From: Schizochytrium sp. TIO01
Lineage: Eukaryota > Protista > Bigyra: Labyrinthulomycetes
DNA length: 64,000 nucleotides
Direction: 5' to 3'
Assembly (NCBI GenBank): GCA_004764695.1
Contig: SMSO01000034.1
Span: 3,596,001 to 3,660,000, forward strand
The translations under genes and the position numbers were made by a program. The notes beneath the pieces are model-generated. The model saw nothing but the letters and a program-made list of their open reading frames with translations, had not been told where the DNA came from and did no database searches. Positions 22,466 through 35,200 of the stretch are shown here, piece after piece (position 1 is the first letter of the stretch; each line of letters opens with the position of its first letter).

Positions 22466-25288
22466 ATGGCGGCGAGTGCCAACCAAGCAAGGGAAGCGGC
22501 GAATAGTGTCTTGGAGAAAACTTCCGTTTGGGGCCGGAAAGCTCAAGGTCTAATTGGATCGCAGTGGCGGTCATTAGTTCAGGGCGCTCAAGGTCCTGTA
22601 TCTGCCAGGAAGTCAGAGGCAGGTAAAACTAATCCTCAGCAAGAAGATGGCTATGATACTGGAGATGAAATGAGCTCAGATGACTTTAAAAATTCATATC
22701 GAGGCTATTCAAGTTCTGCAGATGAACTTGTTGGTCTAAGTACTGCAGCAAACAAGAAAAAGTACGCTCAAGATGCGTTTCTTGGTAGATATGTTCGAGT
22801 CGTGGGTATGGATGCTGATGAGGAATTTGTACTCACCTTGCAAAAGCTCGAGGTTACAGTCAATATTCATTTAAACACAGCTTTCATCAAACTGCAGGGT
22901 GTCTGGAAACATGATTCTCCCTACACAAATAGCCCCGTCAACAAATCCTCTTCAGGGTCAAGCTTTGTTCTGGAGCTTCCCAAACTCCACACTACTACTA
23001 TCACAGACGCTACAGCTAAACTGCAAAGCGGGAAAAAATTTGAGGTGCATGTTATTGACCAAACTTCGGTTCTCGCAGGCCACAGGCAAAACGAAGGTCA
23101 GGGTATGGCACAAGCGATGCAACTTTACCGGAAGAAATCAGGGTTTAATCCGGCTGAATACCATCCTGAAATGTTTTCTCTTCCTTTTCATGGTATGAAA
23201 CCTGGTGAAACAGTGAAAGTCTCAGTTGAATATATCCAGGTGCTGACATTTGAACAGGGCATGTACAAATTCGTACTGCCACTTGATATTCCAAACGAAC
23301 ATATTGCCACAAACTTAGAGGATGCTTTGAAAATTGATGTCATGCTCGACCTACCCAATTACCTCCTTGATGAAACGTCAATGAATCCCACCAAAGAACT
23401 ATGGCAATCAAGGGGCCTCAATTTGCGCCGAGATGCTGTCTCAGCTGTCATTCCTGCCTACCAGACTGAATATGAGAATGAAGAAAACAATAGCATTGCT
23501 CCATCCCTTGCGGATGTTTGCTCATGTTTACATCTTGTCTTGGAGTCCAGACCAGTTGAAGGTGGAGACTTTGTCTTTTTATACCCTGCTTGGGCGGACA
23601 CAATCCAAGCAGAAGTTGTTTATGACTCGACCCCATCGTTTGTGGTGGAGAGTAAGACGCCTCGGAAAGTACCTGGTGGAGTAATTACCACTTTTTTGGC
23701 GCCTCCCCGCCCGAGTCAAACAGCCTCCGGAACTCATCCTCGGGATGTTGTTTTTATTTTGGACAGATCTGGCAGTATGGGCTTCTCAAAAGTATTTCAA
23801 CATGCGAAAGACGCCCTCATTGTAGCACTACAACAACTTAGATCAGAGGATCGTTTTGCAATCTGTTGTTTCGACGACCGCCAGATTTGGTTTGGTGGAT
23901 GTTACCCTGAACCCTCTGATTCTGATGTAGGTTTGCTCATGACTGCTCTTGGTCTTGACGGCACTACACTAGGGCTTTCCTCCCCCCTTGCTACACCAAA
24001 TGTCGCCTTTGTTGACGCTTTAGCACCGAATCCTGATGCTCTTAAAATGGGGGATTGTGCTCCTACAGTTCAAGAATTCCCACAAGGCTCAAAACCAATC
24101 TGCGTTCGAGCGAAACCTGAATACATTGAACGTGCAATCAGCTGGGTAAATTCGATCGAACCAGGTGGTCTAACTGACATCCTGACACCGCTGAAGCAAG
24201 CGTTTTGGGGTCTTCTGAGTGACAACTTGCCAAGATCAATGGATCCTTCCTTCCTGGCTAACGACGCTCTGACAGATAGCTCTTGCACAAGCCTAGCTGT
24301 CAAAGATCCGCTTCGTCTTCGAAGCATTTTCATTGTCACTGATGGTGCTGTAGAGAATGAGCGAGAAATCTGTAAATTTGCTGGTTGTATTGCTCCACAA
24401 GTACGCATATTCACATTTGGTATTGGAGTTGATTGTAACGCCTACTTTTTGCGAAAACTAGCATCCATTGGGAGGGGGTTTGCTGATGTCTGCATGCTTC
24501 GCTCTAGGTTACATGCACAAATGATAACTGCTTTTAGTCATGCTCAACTTGCAGTCCTCAAAGACATTCAAGTGACACTGGAGCCGGAGGATATTCTGAA
24601 TGAGGATGAGGCACGTGCAGTATTGGTGGCATTCCGCCGCTTGGAGAACATGACATGGTGCCCCCAGCGTGTTCCAGACTTATACTGTCATGCTCCTATA
24701 ATTGTCTCGCTCCGTTACGAGGGAGCTTTCCCTGCAGGTATGCAAATAAAGATTTCAGGTACCTTGGCCTCTGGCGAGCAATGGTCAGCAACTCGAGCCT
24801 TGGCCGAGTCACGGAAAATGCCTCTTCGAAAGATTTTTGCTCAACAATTTGTTGATCAACTAGTAGCTGATGCCTGGCTGGCTGATGTCAAAACACCAGA
24901 TGGCGAGCGTTTGAAAAAGGAATGTGTCCGCATGGCAGTGGCTGAAGGGATTGCTTGCCCTTTTACAACAATGATAGCTGTTGAAAGTCAAGGTAACGAC
25001 CTCAAGAAGGATGATGCTTTGAGTGTTACTGATAGAGCAATTTCTCGTCAGAGCTTTGAGCTGCGCAAAAATAGCAAGTATCTTGTACTTGGAGGGTCTC
25101 TTGCTGGTGTCGTCGCATTCGGTGCTGTCTTCACAGCAGCTGTCGCTTTACACAATGCGTCAGAAGCCGCCGTGGCTAGTGGCGACGTCGATGTAGAGTG
25201 CTGCGATTGCTGTGACTGCTGTGACTGCTGCGATTGCTGTGATTGCTGTGATTGCGCTGATTGTGTAGAGTTGTTTATGTGCGGCTGA
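22466..25288 (+). CDS. VIT-like + von Willebrand A domain protein (inter-alpha-trypsin inhibitor heavy chain-related) with C-terminal hydrophobic helix and Cys-rich tail, 940 aa
   Basis: MIDAS motif FILDRSGSM, GGLTD, IFIVTDGAVENE, RIFTFGIG and N-terminal VIT-like region (…PGETVKVSVEYIQ). Ends in (CCD)6-CAD-CVE-LFMCG. Confidence 0.9.
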   Translation: MAASANQAREAANSVLEKTSVWGRKAQGLIGSQWRSLVQGAQGPVSARKSEAGKTNPQQEDGYDTGDEMSSDDFKNSYRGYSSSADELVGLSTAANKKKYAQDAFLGRYVRVVGMDADEEFVLTLQKLEVTVNIHLNTAFIKLQGVWKHDSPYTNSPVNKSSSGSSFVLELPKLHTTTITDATAKLQSGKKFEVHVIDQTSVLAGHRQNEGQGMAQAMQLYRKKSGFNPAEYHPEMFSLPFHGMKPGETVKVSVEYIQVLTFEQGMYKFVLPLDIPNEHIATNLEDALKIDVMLDLPNYLLDETSMNPTKELWQSRGLNLRRDAVSAVIPAYQTEYENEENNSIAPSLADVCSCLHLVLESRPVEGGDFVFLYPAWADTIQAEVVYDSTPSFVVESKTPRKVPGGVITTFLAPPRPSQTASGTHPRDVVFILDRSGSMGFSKVFQHAKDALIVALQQLRSEDRFAICCFDDRQIWFGGCYPEPSDSDVGLLMTALGLDGTTLGLSSPLATPNVAFVDALAPNPDALKMGDCAPTVQEFPQGSKPICVRAKPEYIERAISWVNSIEPGGLTDILTPLKQAFWGLLSDNLPRSMDPSFLANDALTDSSCTSLAVKDPLRLRSIFIVTDGAVENEREICKFAGCIAPQVRIFTFGIGVDCNAYFLRKLASIGRGFADVCMLRSRLHAQMITAFSHAQLAVLKDIQVTLEPEDILNEDEARAVLVAFRRLENMTWCPQRVPDLYCHAPIIVSLRYEGAFPAGMQIKISGTLASGEQWSATRALAESRKMPLRKIFAQQFVDQLVADAWLADVKTPDGERLKKECVRMAVAEGIACPFTTMIAVESQGNDLKKDDALSVTDRAISRQSFELRKNSKYLVLGGSLAGVVAFGAVFTAAVALHNASEAAVASGDVDVECCDCCDCCDCCDCCDCCDCADCVELFMCG
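25199..25269 (+). repeat. Coding 9-bp tandem repeat encoding (Cys-Cys-Asp)6
   Basis: TGC TGY GAY x6 followed by TGC GCT GAT, TGT GTA GAG. Confidence 0.95.
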
Positions 25289-26034
25289 ATGTAATATTAA
25301 GGAACACATAGATTTTCACCAAGCTCTTTTAAATATATAATATTGTTCAATATACTGCTATTCATTGATGTCATATTATTTATGAAATCAGATCGATGAC
25401 TCAAGGCCTGACGTCAGGGCAAACAGCAAGTGCTCATTGGGTTCCATATAATAAAAACATTTACACGAAGTCCAGTTAACTTACTTTTATGGAAAGTGTT
25501 CAACGCTTAGGTATTCGTATGCGTTAGCCCCAATCATGTTCTTGAGAAGCTTGAAAACAAAGATGTGAGAATGAAATTTGTAACTTTTTTTTCTTTTCTC
25601 AAATGCAGGCAAGCAAAGCAAGGTTTGATGGCACAAGTTGCATTGACATATCTCTTTTGAGGGTAGGAGAGAATAATTTACTACTTTCGGCAACAACAAA
25701 AAAATACAACAACAAGATGCGGGTAAAGAAGAGTAATATGAAACAATATACGAAACTACGAGAATTGCACAGAAGAACTCTAGAGTGATTTGTTTGGAGG
25801 GTTGCAAGATTTTAACCAATCACCAGAGAAACCCTGCATTGTGAACTTTAACAAGCAAGGAATAGAAAGGATACGTCTACAAGCAGGCTTGAATGCTTGG
25901 AGTAGTTGTGGTGAGCTGCATGAAACCCTGACTTATCATTTCCACCTTTCTTTATAATGAGTGATACACAATTGAAGAAGGATTCGTGTTTCCTCTGTAA
26001 GTAGAAAGTTAGTAAGTAATTATGAAGATCGTTC

Positions 26035-26307
26035 CTACTCTGCTGAGACATTTGCCTTCTCAAGCTGCGACTTGAGGTCTTCGATCTGTTGCTTGAGTTC
26101 CTCATTCTCGCGCTTTAATGCCTCCGAGTCTTGTCCTGCGGAGGCACCCATGTACCGCTTGACATAATCAACCGCGTTGGGCGGGCGTTCAGGCTCTTCG
26201 TAGAGACCCACAAGCACTTTAGTCAATGCATCAATGACTCCAGATTTTTCCAAATATTTGCGAAACTCCTCCTTCTTGCTGTCCGAAGTCTTATGAGCGG
26301 TGGCCAT
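26035..26307 (-). CDS. MYCBP: c-Myc-binding protein homolog (AMY-1 / flagellar FAP174 family), 90 aa
   Basis: DSKKEEFRKYLEKSGVIDALTKVLVGLYEEPERPPNAVDYVKRYMG plus a C-terminal coiled coil. Confidence 0.95.
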   Translation of the reverse strand: MATAHKTSDSKKEEFRKYLEKSGVIDALTKVLVGLYEEPERPPNAVDYVKRYMGASAGQDSEALKRENEELKQQIEDLKSQLEKANVSAE

Positions 26308-28745
26308 CTCTCCTGACGATCCTGTGTGTTGTCTTTGCCGCTACTATTCTACAGCAGAGTAAAATACAGAAATCCAACCTGACGTTCTTTCTGATTCGAT
26401 CTGGTCTCCCAAACCTCTTTTCTTGGCACTTTGAAGACACAAGCGCAAAGCAAGAGCAGCCACAGAAGCGAAGATGCAGCCAACAACCAAGCCGAGCCGC
26501 AGCCGTCACGCTTGAGAATGCGGCAGGAGACAGCTAGTTATGGAGATTGACCACGACAATGTAAGTATTGGTCGCTATGTAGATATCATTATAATAACGA
26601 GCATTTCCTTTTCTCCCTATTATTCCCTATAAAGAAAATACTAACATGAACTAGCAGTTATCCTCACTTTACTTCTTCAGAATGAAGGGGCGAGCTAAAG
26701 GAGAATATGTTGGAAATGGGTTTCGCAGACATGGCCGTTGCCGATAGAGAACAAGACAGAACGCCTTGTTGTAGCTAATTAAGTTTGGGAGTGAAGAAAC
26801 TTGAACGTTGAGCACTTGGACGCATGTGTGCTCTTAAGTACGTATAAAAGACACCTGATATAGCTAAGAGTTTGTACGGGTTAGGTAATTAGAACCAATG
26901 GAGTTCTTCGCACAGGTCTGGGTTTGATAGAAGTGATGTAAGACGGGTACGGTCAACTCAAAGTGAAGAAATCTGGTTTACAAAGGTTGCGGTCCCGAAA
27001 CAAATTTCAGGTTTGGAAGTCATTAGTTAGGTGTTATATTGCACTCAATCTAACTTATCAATCCATTGTGAGAAATTCAAATTTTCTCGAAATGCCTAGT
27101 TCTAAGAGAAAAGAAAAGGAATTTGAGTTAGGAAATAAAAAATTAGACCCTTATATGGAATCTGGGTAAATATTTAAGATAGTAGTACCCCCCTTATATA
27201 CATTTATTATATATAATACAATATGAGCTTCACAACTTCACTTCAGGTCTTGTCAAATCTAAAATATCTTCCGCGTTGTGAAGATATTTTGGGCTGCATT
27301 TTTGGATGAAAAATAGTATACAAGCCAGTTTACATAACAGCAAACAACTTTTCTCTCACTTTCCCAGAGGCATTGCCGCAAACAATGCGTGCGCAGTACG
27401 AGAACATTATGTCTTTGGGAGGTGATGAGCGAAATTTGAAATTAAATCAAGCTCTGATTTCAAAGATCAGTTAACATGGGCTCGATTGCTATATCAGATC
27501 AGATGGGTCAACTATATTCGACCAATAGGAACAATGATCAATAAGAAGAAGAAAGGAAGGAAGAACTGGGTGAAACTTTAAGTCGTATTGCACTATTCCT
27601 GAAATTAAAGAAAGTTCCACACATGCTAGCACCATTTCCAGGACAAAGTTTTTGTCGAATGCTGTGATGAGTCTTGGCATGAACATTTCAAAATTAACGA
27701 TGAAATGGTGATGAAGAGTTAGTCACAAGCTTGAGATTGACTAACCTAATGTTGATATAGTTGACTTTGTCAAACTAACAGATACAACATCAATGCTCTT
27801 TTCACACACGCACATAAACCATTTACTCAAACTTCTATTCAAAGTCCTATCAGCATTTATGTAACCAAGAGTTGTGCATGAAGCAATTTGAAACTGGAAA
27901 CTTTACGAGGAGTGTGCACCAGTTGAACAGTCACTACATTTTAAAGCTATCGTGATCCAAAGATTCTTTCATATTTCAAGTTGTTTGTTACTTAGCTCGT
28001 TCTTACTTTCATGACGTGCACACTACTCTTTGTAAAGGTTTTAGGTGCCGGATCATTAGCTGTTACACAACCAGTACTAGGCTCATCGATTATCAATCGT
28101 CAATTATATTTAGGCACGTGCTGTTCATCTCTTTAAAAAAATAAAAATGGTAGAAAATGTTATTAGGTACAAGTAACTAACTCCTTAGGATACTACTTCT
28201 CGCCTAGGTAGTAGGTACAGGCACCTACTCGCTACGCTTCTTCCTTGTTCAAATACTCATAGTCTGAGAGAAACAGGAAACGGTTGTATACGTAGGGCTG
28301 GGACAAACAAATTCTAGTATCGTATTCTGGCAGTACTGGAGTTGATTTTCTGATTCTGGCAATTGATACCCTCAATTGTCTGTCCTGTTCTATGATTGAG
28401 GGATTTTGCGTTTTGGATAAGATTTTAAAGGATGTAGTCGGTATCAAATGTCTCACAACTGACTATTCATTCACTTTTGCACAACTTCGTGTCTCCTTTG
28501 CTCAATATAAATTACTACGTAGTGCTTTTACCTAGTTGGCCAAATACCCGCAAAAGCCAGAGCTTAAACTGATTTGCGCTCCCATTCGACTCATTCTAAA
28601 ATTTAAAAGTTATCTACTCTTTTCTCCAAGGCAACTAATGATTGTACACGTGCCAGATCGCGTCTTTGACAGCTCCAAATAAATAGCTTAAAGCATCTAT
28701 GGTTGATTGTTATAGGCGTTATTCTCTGCTGTGCCTTTTACAAAC

Positions 28746-29278
28746 ATGCTTCGCACCGCTTCCGCAACTGTAGCATTCGCACTTCGAAAAGGCTCAAACT
28801 TGCAAGTCTTCCCCTTCACCCTCAGGCCGAGGAGTGATACTCTACCACACTCTTATTCATCACTTGGGTACCATGCCTTGCACAAGGCCTCATGGTCTGT
28901 CGACTCCATCATGCTCGCAAAGTTCGCCACAGTGGCGTTGGCTCATAAGACTTGCAGCACTACTACTAAAATGAATGTTGTACTCGGGAGATCCAATCAC
29001 CTCCCCTTGTACGCGAAGGACTCTGATGTTGAATATTCAAGAAAGCACACCTGGGCCATTTGCCCGGGAGTTCTTGACTAGACTGCTGAAGGGTGCCTTA
29101 TCAAGGTCGGCGCGGATTGCTCTTCTAAGTTAAAAAAGCAACAGCTTGAAAGTTGCAGCGGCTGCTGTTTCCTGGGAATTGGAAGGATGGATGTTCAGGT
29201 TGATATCGCGCGCAAGTTTTAGGGCAAAGCTCGCGTGATCCTCAAGGTTTTGACACCATCAACATAAATGTAAACTGA
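28746..29278 (+). pseudogene. Decayed gene with mitochondrial-presequence-like start and weak OsmC-like C-terminal remnant
   Basis: MLRTASATVAFALRK start, in-frame stop at 29081, then …GCCFLGIGRMDVQVDIARKF* and, frameshifted, RDPQGFDTININVN*. Confidence 0.25.
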
Positions 29279-32200
29279 GTCGCGCAATTAAAATGGCTTG
29301 GTTTCTGTCGCTCTTTGCCTGGAACTTGAAGTCTGCAAGATGCAAAATCGCTCTTTACTCAGTCGTAGAGATTGTCTTAGTTTGATTTATTTTATCTGTG
29401 CAATCCAGCATGGACAGCCTCGCTGGAACCCTCCTGAAACCTAAACCCTAAAAATTAGTTTTCGTGGAAAAGCTGTTCGAAGGCTTAATTTGTCTTAATT
29501 AAAAATAATAAAAAAATAACTAAATATCTAAATCACTTATAAAAAATTAAATAGATAAATCATGAGCCTGCACATATTCTTAAAATTACAATTTTAAATA
29601 TATAGGCCTATATAGTACTTTTTAAAATTCAAATACAACTTTTCTAAGAGGATAAAATCAATGTTTCTATAGAAAACTATAGAATAAGCTAGTAAGGGAA
29701 AATGCGTGAAAAAAAAATTAAAAATGGAAGATAGAAGTGAGTTTGAAGTGGATTACTACGATTTACAATGCTGGAGCAGGGTGCTAGCTAGATTATTCAT
29801 CAATCAATGGTCCCCAGCATCGGCTTCTCTTTCCCTAGACCCTTTGAGACACCTTGTACACACTCAAACACCCGCAAAACCCTGTCAAGGTGAATAAGCA
29901 AGTAGCTAGTGGACCTTTTTGCAACACCTCAAGGTTTAGCGAACGCACCTTTTTTCCCCTTTTCCCTTTTCCTTTTCCCTTTCTAAAATAAGTCGTTCGT
30001 TTCAAGGTATTTTCCGTTTGTTACCAGATTCCACTGGATGAGAAGCCATTAAAGCACGACGACGGTCTATTTCAAATAGACCTTAGCTTTCTAAGAACGG
30101 AGCTTGAACTGATAAGACCTGAGGAGCTTCAGCAATAGTTTATTAAGAATATCCACAGATCTTGCAAGCAAAAAGTGGATAGTTGTGCTGAGTGATGATG
30201 ATTCCGAAAACAGGATATTTTAGGTGAAACTGCAAAGTGGACGATACATTCAAAAGTACTGCTGATGCTGCCTACGATTTTAGTGCTGACTGAGGAACGT
30301 GCTGTCTTATTACAAAAATAGTCAGCAATTCCGACGCCATGGAACATACCCTGGCTCATAGACGCACATGCATGCTGTGCAGCGCGTTTTTCCATTTACA
30401 GACGAGTGAAGGGGTGTCAGGAAATTATCTTCATGCTGTTTTCTGAAGATAATGTCATATTTGTTGTCATGTTGATAACGATGACAAAGCTATGTAGCTC
30501 ACCATGAGATTTATCGTTCACTAGCCGTGCCCTAATTTCAGACGATCGTTAAAACAATTCGCTAGTTTTTGTGGTAAACAAACAAAAAAACATGTTTCAC
30601 CCACCACAGAGTGCTACCTATCTATATGCTACAAAGAAGTTGAATGACGGCGAAGCACAATTCGCTACCTCTTACCTGAAATGTTTCGCCTTTGTATCAA
30701 CCCTGCAAATGAGGTCACATCATCCTAGTAGCTGAGACCTAAGTGGGCGCTGTTTCTTCCGAATGTGTTGTTTGTGTATGGTTAGTGTCATTATTCACTT
30801 GCACGCCTGGATTGACAACTCGCTACACACGAGAAAAAAGAGTGTTTTCAATTATAATTATTTTTGAAAAAAGATTAAATCAAAATTGAACAATAATTCA
30901 TTTACTTTTAAAGTTAATGGGGGAGGAAAAGAACTAAAAAAGGGGGGTGGAAGCGCGTCCAATCTAGCTAGCTAGCGCGGTCTCACTGTAGTGCAGCATG
31001 TTTCCAGGCCATTGCAGCCTAACGAATACACATAGACGTACGCACGATACACACGTTGTTCGAGCGGCCAAGCAAGCTAAGCATATAAAGCAACTGAGTA
31101 TTTTTTTGGTTCATGCTGACAGGCTGCCAGATGATGTCAGCAGAGTGCTACAACTTAGCAACACGTAAAGAAACGACACTCTTCTCCTTTTCATTTTGTT
31201 CAAGAGAAAGAAAGCACAGTGTCCGTGCACAGGTCGCAAGTGACCGTAAGAAAGACCCAAGTTCAAATTAGAGTTGTGCAAGTCGGAGCATGAGGCCCCA
31301 GTTAATCTCGTGCAAGCTGGAGTTCACGTCTTTCCGATAGACTGTTTGGCTTGTAACTCTGGGCACTTTTTCTATGCTATTGCACAGACAAACCAAGCCT
31401 CAATGATGCTTTTCATTTTTCTTCTTTTTTTTTCTTTTCGAAGAAAATAGCAAATCCAAGTTTGGCGTGTTTCGTAGTCCGAGTTCCATATCTCTCCCTA
31501 ATGTTCAGGCTGCATCGCAGTTTCTGTTATAATGTTGTTGCCCGCTTCAGTATGGCAATGCCTGCACACACTCTCAGCATGCGGTCGGAGGTAAGGCCAA
31601 ATCGTCTGGGGCAAGTTTTAGTGCGATCGAGCGCACTATTTAAACATTAAGGAATTAAACAAAGAGTGATACATATTTATAGTAGCTATGCAGTGTAAGA
31701 GACCTGGGTTGAGTGCGCACAGCGTACGGCATGTCAAAAACTTGAAAAGCTAGGTTTTAGCCATCATGATGATTTTTTATGGTCGATTATCATTATCATC
31801 ATATCATCATTTCCCGACTACATCAGCACTCTAAGTAGCCTCATCATACTTCTACCAAGTGGTTCTTCCACAATGTAGTGGGGATAAGGTCCGCGTCGCG
31901 AAGCCATGCGGAATGGTGGTCTTAGCATAGGTGCAGTAGCAAGAATGCTCCGTTGGCTGGAGATCATGCGTCTTATTATCCGTCCGAGGACTTGACAACA
32001 CGTCTCGTCATGATCAAGTACAATCCATTCTTGTTCTAGGTACCATTGACGCACTACCAAAGCGGTCTTTTCATCTTTGTACTACTGACTCTCGGACACA
32101 ACCTAACATATAAGCATAAATACTTACTACACAAAGCTATAGGTACAACTAGCATATACATTTTTTGATTTTTTTTTTCAATAGTGTAAATATTAACAGA

Positions 32201-35200
32201 GAATAAGGAAGTCAAACCAATAACGGGATAAGGAGGTCAGCTTGAAGGTGTAGCAGTCTAGATTAGCGGTCCCGGCCCGCCTCCTGAGCAGCCTGACACG
32301 TCTCGTCAGTTGCCTAATTTAAATGAAAAAATACCAAAAAAGCACGAGTTGAGAGCTTTAAACTGTCCTTAAGTATGACCATTCTCGGATATGAATGTCC
32401 TGCAGAAGAATTATTGACTGCTGTGTATCGAAATCGGTGCATTAAAATGACTCATTTGTCGAGACTTGGATGGGGTTGCCATTAACATAAGGTGTATAGT
32501 ATCCGCGCACAGCCAAAGCCCAACACAGAGGCGGTAAATCAAGATGATTGTCTGAGTCCATAGAAGATGGGTAGTGATTTAGAGAGGAGCATAAAACTTT
32601 ATGTAAAGACAAACAAAAAATAAAAAACACTAAAAACAAAAAACAAAAAAAACTCCGACTAATTTTCAGGTTTTAGCAGAATGAACTAACATAATATTAA
32701 GTGAAATGATAGAACTTCAAAGAAAATTTAGAATTCGGGGGTGGAACTTCTAGTATAATGGTGTTCTAGATGATTCGATACTAAAATTAGATAAGTACAG
32801 GCTGCTTTCATTGCATCCCCATCAGTCACCACAATAATCTCTGCCAAAGCTTGACATACACCCCTTCCCAAACCGTTGCTCAGTGCTACATTAGCAGCAG
32901 ATAACAGAGTACTATTACTTGATCTTTTATTGAACACCTAGCAGTATCAGTAAGCCGGAAAGAGCGAGCATGATCTCACTAAAGAGAAAATGAAAAGACA
33001 ATAATTAAAACCTTCATATTTTACTTGTTCTTTATCATTGTGCATGCGTGAGCTGGCCGACTAATGATGGCAGATGCGTGATCGATGAGTTCGTGTGCAT
33101 CCGCTTGCGTCCCAAAACTTTTAAGCCAACTTTTTTTTTAAAAACCTGCACAAGCATCACCTGGAGTATGTCAGTTTATCTGCACGTGCCGACTAGTTAA
33201 AGAAATTGAGGCATTTGGTTTGACTTCTTCCAGTCTAGCAGACCATGATTGGTGGGCAGGCATGCTAGGGTTTTGGCGCACGAATTCGTGCAGAATTCCC
33301 TCATCTGAGTACACGGTGTGATCAATCTCTCATAGTATCTACTAATGCACTGTCTAAGAAATAATAGTAAAGAGGTTGTTGGCTAGCAATATAGTGGGGA
33401 GATATCGATCTTCACACAATGATACTCATTGACATTACTTGGCCAAGAACACGAACATAGAAAGAATGTTGCAGATCTTTAAGGGGAAGGCAACCCCTGA
33501 TCAGTTGAATCGAAACGCATCAATCGATCTTATTGCGAATCGCTCCATACAACACCCCCCGCAAGTAAGGTGTATTCCTCTTCATGTTGCTACCCTGAGC
33601 ACTGACTGCCTGATATAGATCTTACCGCTTGTAAACCGCCAAGAGTTTATATTTAATCCTTCACTAGCGATTTTTTATCGCAACCTCGGAAAACCGCGAG
33701 CTAGCAGTTCAGATGCTCAAAGCAGTGCTAATGGGTCTATTGTCTAAACTCTTCAGTTATATTATTTTGTTTTTCATTTTGTATGATGTTGACAAACTTG
33801 AGCTCGTTGAGAGCCCCAACAGTTCAAACAATCAGGTGCTGCTACACACCATCTTCAGTTTGTGTAGAAATTTTAAATGCGACTGGCATTAGAGTCTACC
33901 TGTTGCCACCTGACCATTCTAGCCAACTTCGATCTCGTAAAACCTCGAGCAATAGTACGCTTGTGCAGTTACTACTTTGATCCTAGCATGGCTATTGACA
34001 AAGTTTGGATGGTGACCAATGTAAGGACAAGGATGGACTATATCATGAAAAGAGAGAGATACGCTTCTTGTGCACGCGCTCACCTCCAAGGATCGCTCTA
34101 ATGCAGTTTTTACATTTATATTTACACCACTTTAAAATAAAGTAAAAGATAAAGAAAAATTGCAAATTTATTATATGCACCATTGGTATTCCTTATTATT
34201 TATAGGAGTTGCTAATTCTTATTTGAAATGTTTTTTTGACATGTAGAGTTTTTAATTTTAATTTTAATTTTTTTAATGCGTATCTGCATTGCTTAGTGAT
34301 GCAAGCGCGCCTGGACCGGAGGCGCGGGGGTAGGATGACATCGCTAGTTCCTTCCGTGAGTAGCGCGAGAAACGAATAAATCCCCAGCATTCATTAATAC
34401 TCATCGACTAGGAATATACATTAGTGGTCCCGCGGCACGTGCACAACTTGAAGACAAAAACTCACTATTATAAATTTTAATTCGAAAAGTTATTAATTTT
34501 CCTCTATAGACACTTTCAAGTTCTTTGCTACTCTGAACAATCACCTTGCTTGAGTAAAAACTCGTGTCATCACTTCAGTTTTATCCTGAACATCTACACA
34601 CGTAGGTATTTAATAAATATATCTCTTTCATTGCAAGTCCCCAGGTAGGTGTAGTAAGAACGCTAATCACCAAATTTTCACGATATCACAATGAATTGAT
34701 TTCAAATTGTATAAAGTATTATTATTACTATTATTTAAACACATAAAACCTATTAAAGAGGGTTTCCTCACGAAATTGATGAGTGCAATAACCTGTGAAA
34801 GAGGGCTTCGGCTCTAAGCTTAAATATGGTTTAACTGTCAGCTTAAGGGACAAGTTTGGGATTGTGCGTCGCGACAACTAATTATAGCACGTGCCGTTCT
34901 GTTGTCTTTGGGATCAATGAAGATGCCTTTATCATAGTAAACAACTAGTACTAATAAGATCAATAGTAGATTAAGGTCCGCTTTTTTACAAGAGTTTTTT
35001 TTAGTTAAAATAAAAATAATTATAAATGTTTTTTGCTTTATAAAGCCAATAGTACTAGTATCTCCTTTTGTTCCTTTATTTTTAAAAAAGTAATAATAAA
35101 TATTTTAAAGACATTTAAAGACATTTAAAATCGTAAAATTAAAATAAATTAAAGAAATAGTGTGGTTGTTTTCTACTAATTATATGGATTTGGGTTAAAG

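Noticed and set aside
25280-25294. Cys-Gly-TGA end of the vWA gene as possible selenocysteine readthrough
   Set aside because: Readthrough would add only two residues before TAA, and no SECIS-like hairpin was recognised downstream.
26035-28121. Functional link between MYCBP and nearby CACGTG (Myc E-box) sites
   Set aside because: MYCBP does not bind DNA itself and in flagellated protists is mainly an axonemal/AKAP-binding protein; the proximity is likely coincidence.
29437-29453. AAACCTAAACCCTAAA telomere-like sequence
   Set aside because: Only two imperfect units, which is too short to support an interstitial telomere.
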